Of a DNA stretch of 64,000 nt, positions 9,671 to 19,950 are shown piece after piece. Under the pieces are notes generated by a model. The model was not told the origin of the DNA, did no database searches, and saw only the letters and a list, made by a program, of their open reading frames with translations. Both the position numbers and the translations under genes were made by a program. This DNA comes from Nemertoderma westbladi. Lineage: Eukaryota; Animalia; Xenacoelomorpha. The first letter of the stretch is position 1. Every line of letters begins with the position of its first letter. The stretch covers positions 62,001-126,000 of the forward strand of contig JAUCBJ010009163.1 in NCBI GenBank assembly GCA_032718475.1, given 5' to 3'.

Positions 9671-11804
9671 ATGGCAAGCAAACTTGTGCGAAAGAGAAAG
9701 GCGGAGCTAGGAGGAAAGGAGATACTGGTGGATTTCACCAAGAGGCATCCGGAAGAGAGAACGAGGGGATACTACAAACGGTTAGATAGGGGTCACGCAG
9801 CGCGAGCGCTACAGGACCATTTCAGGGAGGTGCACGAACAGCGGCTGGTTCGGGACCTAGGGGACGCCGTCGCTGGACAACGCGATCTTCGAGCATTTCC
9901 ACTACGTGATAAAAGGAGACGAAGCGAAGTTCGGGATTCCGAAGTACGCAAGGGATCCACCGAGGAAGGATTGGAAGAGGTTCGTAGAGTCCGTCAGCAG
10001 AGAAGGGTATATGGTCCTGGACGATGAGGGGACCGTGGAAACCGAGGAGGGTTCGAGGAGAGGATCGGCGGCGTCAGCCAGAACCATACTCCTACATTTG
10101 GCCGCGCCAAATGGGGATATATTCCTATTCGATCTAGGAACGTATGGAAAGAAGGATGGGCCGAAGTTAAACCGGTTGCCGAAGGCGGTGCAAGCACTAG
10201 TGAGAAAGAAGTCGACGACAAAAGTGGGATCGGCGATTCGCGATGACGCGGAGAGAATCATCGGTCCGGACACCCCCAACCTTCTGGATATGCAGACGGT
10301 CTACATGGCTATGACAGCGCCGGACGGATTGGGACTAGTAGAGAACACAGGACATTGCGGGGCAGTGGCGATGGGCCAGTTAATGGGGCTCGTGTGTCAC
10401 AAACCGATGGACTGGGGCAAGTTCAGAGAGGAGTACAGAGCAGACTTGGCGAACTCGCCGAAGTGGGGAGCGAGGCCAGGGAGACAAGAGGTGTATCAAT
10501 TCCGGAGAGGAGCTATAAAGGTATATCAGAAGCGATATATCCTACAGGAGGACTGGATAATGATAGGTTTGCTTAACCTATTCATGACCGTGGTTATCGA
10601 GAGGGAACCAACGGCATTCCTATTATCGGGATCACCCCTAAGCTACAGAAGAGCCTTTAAAGGAAGGGACATAGTGGGTCCACCGGGATACCGGGACTGG
10701 AGCCACTCCCAGAGGAGGACGAGGACGACGACGAGTTCGGAGAGATGCCGCCCATCGAGAGGATCGGCCACTCGGACACAGACTGGGTTGGCGGGGGGGG
10801 TGGTGACAGCCAGTGGGGCGAGGGCTTTCTGGGATAGACCCAGCAAGCGGGCCTGGGTGCACGAGGACCCGGTAATGGATTTCGCGGGGAGCACCATCAG
10901 GTTGGGCGAGCAACCGGGGTTGGCACCACGGGTAGTATTCGGGGAGACGATGCCCGAGAGGGGCGAGGAGATCAACGTAGATAGGGACGCTAACGTCCGG
11001 AAGTTCGCTTACCAGCGACTCCACAGACCGCGGAGATCGCTTGGGACGAAAGACGACGTGGGGCGGGATCCATTGGTGGTCGGCTGTGACTACTGTGGGA
11101 GACAGACCCATCAGGAAAGGAGCTGTTTGTACCGGTTCCAGAAAGGGACTAGTTGTCTCTATTGCCGCGAGTCGAGCCACAGGATGGGGGCGTGTCCACG
11201 GTTGCATAACCGATGTTCGAAGTGTAACTTTCGGGGACATTACGGATGCCAGTGCGACTGGATGGACGACAAAGAGAAGTTTAGGATCTTCGAGGAATGG
11301 GCCGACGTCGGGGCGATGACTCGGCAACGTATGAAGGCCCAGGAGTTCCGGTGGGGCTTCTTTAACATCAATCAGGAGGCTCACATGGAGATTATCAAAC
11401 GGAGGCTTCCGTTTACCTACCAGGAAGTGGCGACGGTGGCATCATATGCCGGAGTGATAAATACGCAGAGGTATTTGGATAGGTGGACGCCACAGAGTAG
11501 AGGAGAGTTTAGGGATTTCTTAGCGGAGCATGTGCCGCGGGCAATGAAGATGATCCTATGGGACGCCAACAGGGGGAGACAACAGGGCCACTCGGAGGGG
11601 CCACCCGCGAAGCGATACCGGGAGCTAATAACACCGGCACCCAAGGAGTCGACGACCGGGATCAGTAAGGAGGTGGCGGCGAGAGTCAGAAGCCAGAAAG
11701 CAGACAAGACCATAGGAGCGGCAGTGACCACAAAACGACCCAGGGAGGGGGACAACAAAGGGAAAGATTTGAGGTGGTTCCCAAGGGCTGGTGGAACGAA
11801 CTAG
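9671..11804 (+). CDS. DEDDy-type (WRN/EXD/RNase D-like) 3'-5' exonuclease with three CCHC zinc knuckles; retroelement accessory ORF with one apparent frameshift at ~9860
   Basis: ExoI MVLDDEG (D-x-E at 10020-10028), LLHLAAPNGDIFLFDL, LPKAVQALV..KVGSAIRDD (ExoII), NLLDMQ, QKRYILQED (ExoIII-like). Knuckles CDYCGRQTHQERSC, CLYCRESSHRMGAC and CSKCNFRGHYGCQC at 11085-11255. Removing one G from the run at 9860-9863 joins ATG 9671 to the 632-aa ORF. Confidence 0.8.
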
Positions 11805-11988
11805 GACTTCGGAGTAACATGCCTGGAAGGCACCACGCGAGACGTGCGAACTCCTAAGCATAAATTTAAGTAATTTAAATAATTGAAAAGTGCAATTAGT
11901 AGGTACGTACGTAGTAATCATTATTAGTTTAGCAAAATATAATCGAAGTAAGTACTATAGTCACTCAACCTTTTTCCAATTAGCTACT

Positions 11989-11999
11989 GGACCGGGGGA
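11989..11999 (+). other. Polypurine-tract-like site
   Basis: GGACCGGGGGA immediately before TGAC, the usual arrangement at the start of a BEL/Pao 3' LTR. Confidence 0.55.
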
Positions 12000-13087
12000 T
12001 GACTGACTATGACGAATGAGACATTAGACGACTTCACACTTCCTGAGTGCGACGGCACAGGAGAGGGGGGTGAGACTCGTCAGAGATGAGTAAGTTAGCC
12101 AAAGAGGGGTCGAGCAATGGAGCGATATAGCGGAGTGCGGAGAGAGTGCGAGTGCAATTCAAGTGTGGGGGGGGGGGGGGGAGGAACAAGAGGCTGAGTG
12201 AGGGACAGGGAAGTCCGAAAGTTAGAGCGGAAGTGAGGAGAGGTAGCGAGAGTCAGAATGAGAATAGAGTGGAGTTAGAGTGGCGAAAGTGTTGGGGAAA
12301 CAAAAGTCATGTGAGAGGAGCGCATGATCAGCCCAACACGGGACGCCAGGTAAACAGGGTAGCGATATCATACCCATAGGGGGCGGTCTGGAAAACCGGC
12401 TCCGAAAAAATAGTTCCACCCCACACTCGATACTAGGTCGAGATCCAGCAGAATTGTAGCGCACTAAAGGGGGATGCTATCTTCTTACCGGGAAGATAGC
12501 ATGGGGGGGAGTGTTAGCGTATTCAATTCCGCTAGCCAGCCCCATAAAGTGAGCTTTAAGCAATATTGGGAACACGAGGTTGATATCCAATATCAACCTC
12601 GTATCACCCCAATAAAGTGGGGACAAGAAAACCCCAGAGGACATACGCACAACAGGGGTCAGGGGTTACACCCCTGAGAGAGAGAGGGAATAACAGGAGC
12701 AACGGGAAACACTCCAGGGAAGGTAAAGGGGCGACAATTAGGATATTAGCCAATAGGGGGGAAGCATCGACTGGGTAGAGCAATATGGCCAACTGTGCAA
12801 TATATTACAGGTCCATGCATTATTTCATTCACTTGTAGTAAGTCAGCTAGTTAGGACAGTAGCGGAACTCTAGTTACCGTCTCTGTCTCCATCTACTGCC
12901 ATACAATATATCATTTACCGGTACATTATACACCATTCACTTCAACCGTGCTGTAACCTATCATTGATTATACTATATGCATCGATCAACCAACAATCGA
13001 ACTCTCTTTATATCTTTCACACACAGCGGGGACGCGTAAGCTAGAAACCAAAACCGGATAAACCGGGATCCTCCGTAGATCCCGTCA
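12000..13087 (+). repeat. Putative 3' LTR (TGAC...GTCA), not matching the 5' LTR
   Basis: 4-bp terminal inverted repeat TGAC/GTCA after a PPT-like tract. G-rich first part, CCAAT at ~12750, TATA-like at ~12801, Inr-like TCATTC at ~12825, then a pyrimidine-rich end. Single copy only. Confidence 0.5.
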
Positions 13088-14036
13088 CACCTTAAGCCTG
13101 GTTTATACACTCAAAAAATTTATTGTTTGCCAAACTGCTAAAAACATTATCAGTACGAAAAAATAATCTTGTCAAAAAAAGAGAAGAATATATGTTAAAG
13201 AAATCTCAAAGGGGATTCTTCCTTTTGATATGTTCGCATTTTCGAATGAAACAATGAGGTTAATCAAACTATAACATACCAAGCTAATTGCCCTAAACAC
13301 AAGCCGAAACAGAAACAACCAAAACAATAAATCTGATTTGGCTTCCCAAGCTACAGTTTGAGTTTGTCGGCAGACAGAGACAGCAGACAGAGTTTGTCGG
13401 CTTTGGCTCAACTCTGCTCTAAACCCCAACCCATTTTGCCTAATGATTTCGGGTTCGTGTGATTTAGCACTGGCTCCTAATCCAAAAAATGTGCCGATAA
13501 AAAACGAATTCCGGGTAAACTAGCCGCGAGTCTAAAATACTCACCTTTTAATTTCCCAAACTACGTTTCCCAAGAAAATAATGCAGTCGAGAATTAATTG
13601 GTCAAAATAATAGTAGACACGACTACGTAGAACAAGACCGATTTTCTTTTTCCAAAAAATTTATCGGTAGGCTCGCAAGCCTTCCATCCGCTCTTGTCCT
13701 CCCCAATTTTAATTTTATCTAGCTGTATTCTAGAATTTGCTTTCACTGGAGAATCGTTTTTCTTAAATTTAAATCCAACTAAATGGATTTGTCTAATAAT
13801 TTTTGAAAATTGTCTCACTTGTGGGTTCCAAGTGGAATTCCATTCCTACTGTACACACAATCCCGCTCCTATGTGATACATAAGGGTACTACCCTCCATG
13901 TTCACGTATAAAGACAATGGAATTCCACCGCTGTCTCTATCTACAGTGAAGAGGATTACAAATGCACGTACAGTAATACAAATACAAATAACTAAAATAC
14001 AGTAGGTCTATGTGGCGGCCAACAAAGGTCCCACAT

Positions 14037-16004
14037 CTATTTACTAATATTGGGTGGAGATTTGTAGTCTCCCGTCTCGTTTCTAGTCTCCTCAAGGAGC
14101 ACGAGACGTTGTACAGGCCTATCTACGGTACGTCCGTCGATAGTCCGTACAGTAACTGTCCTCACTACACCAGATGTAGGGTGCGTGGTCAAAATGACTC
14201 CAGTCAGCCAAAACCGTCTTCTCAGATTAGCTTCAGCCAATAAGACATGGTCACCACGCCTTAAACACCGGGTATTTAGATACCAGGAAGTTCTGGTCGA
14301 AATAGAGGGCAAATAATATTTCTGCCATATTTCCCAGAATTTATTTGCAAGCAATTGAGTAATTTTCCAAGCCTTGTTGCCGTATCCGTCACTATCAACG
14401 GGTACCGAAATGGGCAACAATGTCGTCGGCGCCTGCATAAGCAGGTGCGCTGGTGTCAAGGCAAACCGTACGTCGTTATTGTCTGGGATCAAAGCGATCG
14501 GTCTGGTATTTAAGATTGCTTCGATTTCTATTAGTAACGTCGTCAGTTGGTCGTCTGTCAAGATGTGTTGCGTCGGTACGACTTTAGCCATAGCTGTCTT
14601 TATTGAGCCAATCAGCCTTTCCCAAACGCCGCCTCTCCACGGACTGTCTGGAGTATTGAAAAACCAAACAATACGGTGAGGACGTAGTTCCTCGGAAATC
14701 TGGTTTTGGTCCAATTTTCTCAAAGCTCTGGTTATCTCGTTCCGTGCACCCACAAAGTTTGTCCCTTGGTCGCAGTATATGGATTTGACCAATCCACGTC
14801 TAGCGATAAATCGCCGTAAGGCTAGGATAAAGGCATTGGTGGACAAGTCTGTCACTCGCTCTATATGGACAGCTCTGCTGGCCATGCAAGTGAAGATCAA
14901 TCCCCAACGTTTTACCTGTACCCTTCGGCGTTTCGCGATTATGGGTCCAAAACAGTCTATCCCTGTTTCAGTGAAAGGGGGTCTAAATGCCTGTAATCTT
15001 GCTAGTGGTAGTTCACTCATTTCTTGGTGTCCTATCCTCGCGTGCACCTTCTTACAAATAATACAGTTCTGTGTTACCGAACTCAGTGCTTTACTAGGTC
15101 TAATCAGTACAAACCTCGAGCGTAAGTGTGATAGACAGTGGTGTCTACCTACGTGTTTGAGTTGTACATGTGCGTCCAGTATCATAGCGCGCTGTAATTC
15201 ATGGTGTTGCGGTATGATGATAGGATACCTAAAGTCAAGTGCAAAGTCGATGTTTTGGAGTCTGGACTTGTGACAAAGTAAGCCCCGGTAAATAATCGGA
15301 CTCCAACTCAAAATCGGTGAAGACTTAATCTGTTTACCTTGTTTGATCGCTGTGAACTCTCGTGCGAAATATCGCAATTGATAATGTCTAATGATATCAA
15401 CTTCACAGTGTTCAATTTCCTTTAAGGTAAGTCTTCTAGGAAAGTCGCGTTTGCCTCTGGCATATTGTCTCAATCGTTTGAGCCATGCTAACTTGCGGCA
15501 CGCGTCAGTCCATGATCTAGTTAGGTTCACTATCCTGTCAACGTAAGTGTTAGTGACGTCATCGGGTAAGGTGTAGTCGTAGTGTGGATACTTGTCTGGA
15601 CTTGGTAGGCCCACGGGCCTTCCGGTAGGTTTGTCTGAGTCCCCAAGTACGTCAATCTCTACGGTCTTACCTTTGCCGTCCGCACCTAATATGTCGACTG
15701 GCAGTAATGGTTTCAACTCTACAGTGTCAGTGTGTTCCTGTGAGCCTGTAAGCTTCCTAACCTTAGTCACTACTTTACCTGTAGGTAAGTCAAGTACCTT
15801 CTTCGAGCGGAGTGTAATCCCTGTGGCCACACCTCTGTCGTCCAAAGAAGTCAAATTCGGTAAGTCTCTAAAAGTCCGCTCCAATGGGTCTTCTAATGGA
15901 GTGTCTAGTAGACAGTCTGGTGAAGCGTCTGGTGAACAGTCTGGTGAGACGTCTGGTGAGACATAGCGCGGAACATCCGGCGAATGTCCTGTCGTCGGTC
16001 CCAA
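14037..16004 (-). pseudogene. pol: pol C-terminal part: linker, integrase and DUF5641-like domain
   Basis: AHVQLKH...CIIC zinc finger; GIDCFGP, KRWGLIFTCMASRAVH, CDQGTNFVGA, GGVWERLI (DDE), IEAILNTRP, FWEIWQKYYL. Confidence 0.95.
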
Positions 16005-16300
16005 AGTCTGTCTAGCGTAACTTCTGTCAGAAAGTCTGGTTCAAAGTCTGGTGGACAGTCGGTCGAGATGTCTGGTGAAAAGTCTGGTGAGACGTCCGGT
16101 AGACATTCTGTCGAGAGTTCCATCAAACAATCTGGCGAACAATCCGGAGAACAATCTGGTGTCTCTTCTGGTGAATAATCTGGCGAGTAATCTGGTGAAC
16201 AATCCGGCGAAACGTCTGGTGAAATCTCCCGCGGAACATCCGGCGAAGGATTCGTACAAGCGTCTGGTCGAGTGTCTGCCGAGACGTCTGGCGTAATGTC
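15900..16300 (-). repeat. 12-bp coding minisatellite (SPD[C/V/Y/A] repeats) between RNase H and integrase
   Basis: Repeated TCTGGTGA/TCTGGCGA units on the + strand; protein SPDVSPDCSPDYSPDY. Confidence 0.85.
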
Positions 16301-18279
16301 AGGTCTGGCGTCCAGGTCATCAGATTTCGTCCGTCCTTTTTTCCTCTTGACCTTGGCATTGGCTTTCGCTTTAGACTTGACAACCTTGTCGAGTTTTATC
16401 TCGGCGCCCTCTGGTATGGTGTTGGTTGTCGCGTCGAATAACGGTGGCCATTCGTCTGATGGTCGCTGTAGGAAATCGGGTCCTCTAAACCAAAAGGATT
16501 TATTGTCCGGTTTACAAAAGTCGAGTGGTTGCATCCCCCGTGATGCGATGTCAGCTGGGTTCAGCTTCCCTGGACAGTGACGCCAATCTTGTTTGAGCGA
16601 CCGGTCTAGTATTTCAGCCCGTCTGTTGGCTACGAAAGTCTTGAACTCAAATGCTTCGTTGTTTATGTACCAAAGTACCAACGTCGCATCCGTCCAATAT
16701 GTGACCTTCAAGTTAGCCTCCAGCTCGCGTTGAACTAGACTGACAATATCGGTGGATATCGTCCCGGCTTGCAGCTCCCCACGAGGTACAGTCATATACT
16801 TCAATGGCATTGTTCTAGCCCTTGAAGTAACGAGAGATACATCGTAGCTGTCCGATGTCACTTGTCGTCTAAGGTATAAGGTAACCCCCAATCCATCCTT
16901 GCTAGCGTCACTAAAGCTGTGAAGCTCTAAATCAGCAGGAAAGGTGGTTTGCAAAGGAAAGTATACCCTTGGTATGGTATAGTCTTGTAGGAACGTCAGT
17001 TGGGCTTCCCAGTCCCTCCATCGCTCAGCTAACTTTTCTGGGATGGGATCGTCCCATTCCAGTCCGGCTTGCCAAATGCTGCGGAGTATGATCCTGGCAT
17101 GTAGGATCACTGGACTAATGAAACACAATGGGTCATACAATCGACTCATGGTCGATAAGCAAGTTCTCTTAGTGAGAGGTCTAGTCCGATCGTTGGACCT
17201 TACACGTACCCTAAAATTGTCGGTGTTAGGGTCCCAACTAAGTCCTAATACTTTGGTCGTCGGCAGAGGTTCTAGGTCTAAGTCCAAGTCACCTCCGCTA
17301 CGATCCGTCGGGTCAAATGAGTTCACCAGTTCGGGTTCGTTGGAAGCGAACTTTGTCAGGTGAAATCCGCCCTCAGCGAGACAATCCTGGAGTTGGTGTG
17401 CTACGGTTGTAGCGCGCTCCAAGGTGTCACAACTCTTGAGGCCGTCATCCACGTAGAAGTCTCGTTCCACGGTCCGAACTACTTCTGGGTCAAATTGGTC
17501 TCGTCTGTCTAATGCTGTCTGCTTCAAGGCGTACATGGTGCAGTTGGGGCTGTCCCTGGCTCCAAATACTCTTACCTGCATTTGGTAAGTTTCTGGCGGA
17601 AGTTCTAAGTTTCCGTCTGGATACCAAAGAAACCTCAAGCTGTCCCTGTCCCGCTCCAAAGCCTTAACCTGGTGAAACATGGCCTCTACGTCACAGGTGA
17701 AAGCCACTTTGCGTTGTCTAAAACGCATTAGGACTCCCATGAGGTAATTGTTCATATTCGGCCCGTCCATCAGTTCGCTGTTCATAGACATCCCTTGGTA
17801 AAGCGCGGCGCAGTCGTTGACTACACGCACCTTGCCAGGTTTGTCCGGGTGTCGAACAAAATGATGTGGCAGGTAATATGTCTGGTCTGTGGTTACCTCG
17901 GGATTTAACATCCTAATGGCGTATTCCTTTTGGAGATACGTCTGAAGTTGTGCATTGTATTGCATATGGGCCGTCTCGTCTCGCAACAAAATTTGAGTCG
18001 CCTCAAAGCAAGCGGGTAATTGTTAACGAGTTTAGGTTGTCCATTGCGCCACAACATACCAACCTCATAGTGGCCATTCGCGGTCTGGCGAATGGTATCT
18101 CTCATAATATTTAATGACCGTTTTTCCTGTTCTGACATAGCGGTCTCGTAACTACCGGGTTCTGCTGAGTCCTGTTCCAACCATTGAATGGTCTGTTCAG
18201 TCAGCAGTCGGTCTGGCGCTGCTTGCACTGCGCCATGGTCATCGTCCACGTCTTCGTCCGCTGCGGTGGCTAGTGTCAA
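15905..18279 (-). pseudogene. pol: pol RT and RNase H (frameshift at ~17990)
   Basis: GHYEVGMLW..NNYPLALRRL; YYLPHH..KVRVVNDCAA; LMRFR..CDVEAMFHQV; FYVDDG; YDPLCF; SFSDAS; PRGEL; WTDA; LNPADIASRG. Confidence 0.95.
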
Positions 18280-18303
18280 TGCGTCTGGTAGGCTCGCAAG
18301 CCT

Positions 18304-19950
18304 TCAGGTATCACTAGTTGGCGTCGAATCGTCGTGCGGCGGTTTGACAACTTCTGGATCTATCGGTAGGCTCGCAAGCCTTCCAAGATCAACGACCGGT
18401 GTCGAAGTCTGGTGGGTGGGGTCAATGACCTTTGGATTTTTCGGTAGGCTCGCAAGCCTTCCAAAATCCTCGTTCATCGAGTCATCCACAGCAACAACCC
18501 TTTGGTCTTCGGTAGTCAATACAACCTGGTTTACTGCAAGTAGTTGTAAGTCAGAGGTCCGTGTGGTCGTGTCCAGATCAGTTACGTCAGTATCGGTGGC
18601 GTCTGCGTTAGCGACGCAAGTCTGTCGTAGTGCTGTCCGTACAATTGGACCACGGGAGTGTGAAGGAGAGTTATCTATCGTAGTAGTCAATAAACTACAT
18701 GTACTCAAAACATCGTCCTCCTGGTCACTTACCTCTAGTGAACGTATTGGTGCTCTAGTATACCAACCTATGGGAGTTCTACATGCGTAGGGGTTGCCCG
18801 CTGTAATAACAGATGGGCGTGTCTCCCATACCTGATGTAAGTTAAACTGGTCTGTCCCAATTAACATCGCAATGGAACGATAATTAACAGGACATTCCGG
18901 TATTCCAAGGTGTCGGAAATACTTACGATCTTCCGGTGATTGCTCTGGCACAGGGCCGACCAAGTTACTAAAGTCCTTCGTAGCTGCAAAGGTTAAATTT
19001 CTTACCGGAAGTAATGAGCGCTCCTCCTTGCTGTGTTCCGCTTTGGAAAGAAGAGTGTCTAAGGTTAGTTTTACTCTTGTCACAGGGATCGCTCTCTTAC
19101 CATGCATGCTGCTTACAGTATACTGAGCAGTCTTACCTTTACTGATTTCCGTAACCACGTCGGCTACTTGTTCGTCGACATAACTGTGTGATGACGCAGA
19201 GTCTAAGATAGCGTATATACGCTTGCTCCCTCGGGTTCCGGTAATCTTTATAGGAATCACGCTAAACCCTTTCAACTGGTTCTGTGTGAAGAGCGTTACT
19301 GATGGTTGTTCCTCACCTGCATGCACATAGAAAGTGTCGTCTTCCTCCTCGTCCTCGTCCGATGATCCTGACTGATCCATACAGTCCGTGTAAAACGTAC
19401 GGATCTCGCGTGGCGCACGCTCCTTATATAGTGCGTCGCATCTAGCCGCTTTATCTGGATGCTCTTGTCGAAAGCGTCTGGTCGGAGTATGACTAGTAGT
19501 GTGAAGTAACGCGTCATGGTTACGTCCACACAGAGGACATGTATCGTCGCTCGGGCAATCCTTCCGGACGTGTCCTGGCTTCGTACATCTCCAGCAGGAA
19601 TCTAACGATCGAATTTGGAGTCTCCTTTCTTCGATCCCTAACTCCTTAAAAGCGCGACATCCACGAAGTTTATGTCCGCTATGGTTTCTGCCGTTCCGCT
19701 CGCAGTATGAGCATCCCACAAAGTCCGCCGGCAACTGTTGTTGTGGCTGCGTGGTGCCGATAGGCGTCAGAACTTTAGAAGTCTCAGTAGGGGTGGCGTA
19801 GGTAACGGCTTTCGCGTTCGTCGGAAGTGGTTTAGTCCGATTCGGCGCAGAAATAGCTATCCCTTCTGCCCCGATATGGTGATCAGTATAGTTCGATCGA
19901 GTCTCGATCACGGCCTCCCGCGAAATAAGTTGATAGACGTCGGTGAGTTT
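18304..19950 (-). pseudogene. Gag C-terminus (three zinc knuckles) and aspartic protease
   Basis: CSYC...H...C, CWRCTKPGHVRKDC and CPLCGRNHDALLH (BEL-type third knuckle); protease IYAILDSASSHSY; MLIGTD; ACRTPIGW. Confidence 0.9.

Larger units (their letters stand above)
241..13087 (+). mobile_element. BEL/Pao LTR retrotransposon (element 1), decayed, with extra exonuclease ORF
   Basis: Order is LTR-like promoter, PBS-like TGG, leader, gag, RT, RNase H, integrase, extra ORF, PPT-like site and TG...CA terminal block. Pao-type motifs include LNDYLLEGP, LLRFR, CDIEGMF, FYVDD, YDPLG, ENPADLLSRG and YWRRWVEEYLPTL. Outer boundaries are approximate. Confidence 0.9.

Noticed and set aside
9906-11804. 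env gene
   Set aside because: No signal peptide, furin site or C-terminal transmembrane anchor; exonuclease and CCHC motifs are present instead.
13106-13135. TA-CACTCAAAAAA resembling a CACT-type DNA transposon terminus
   Set aside because: No partner inverted terminus or transposase is visible; too short to support.
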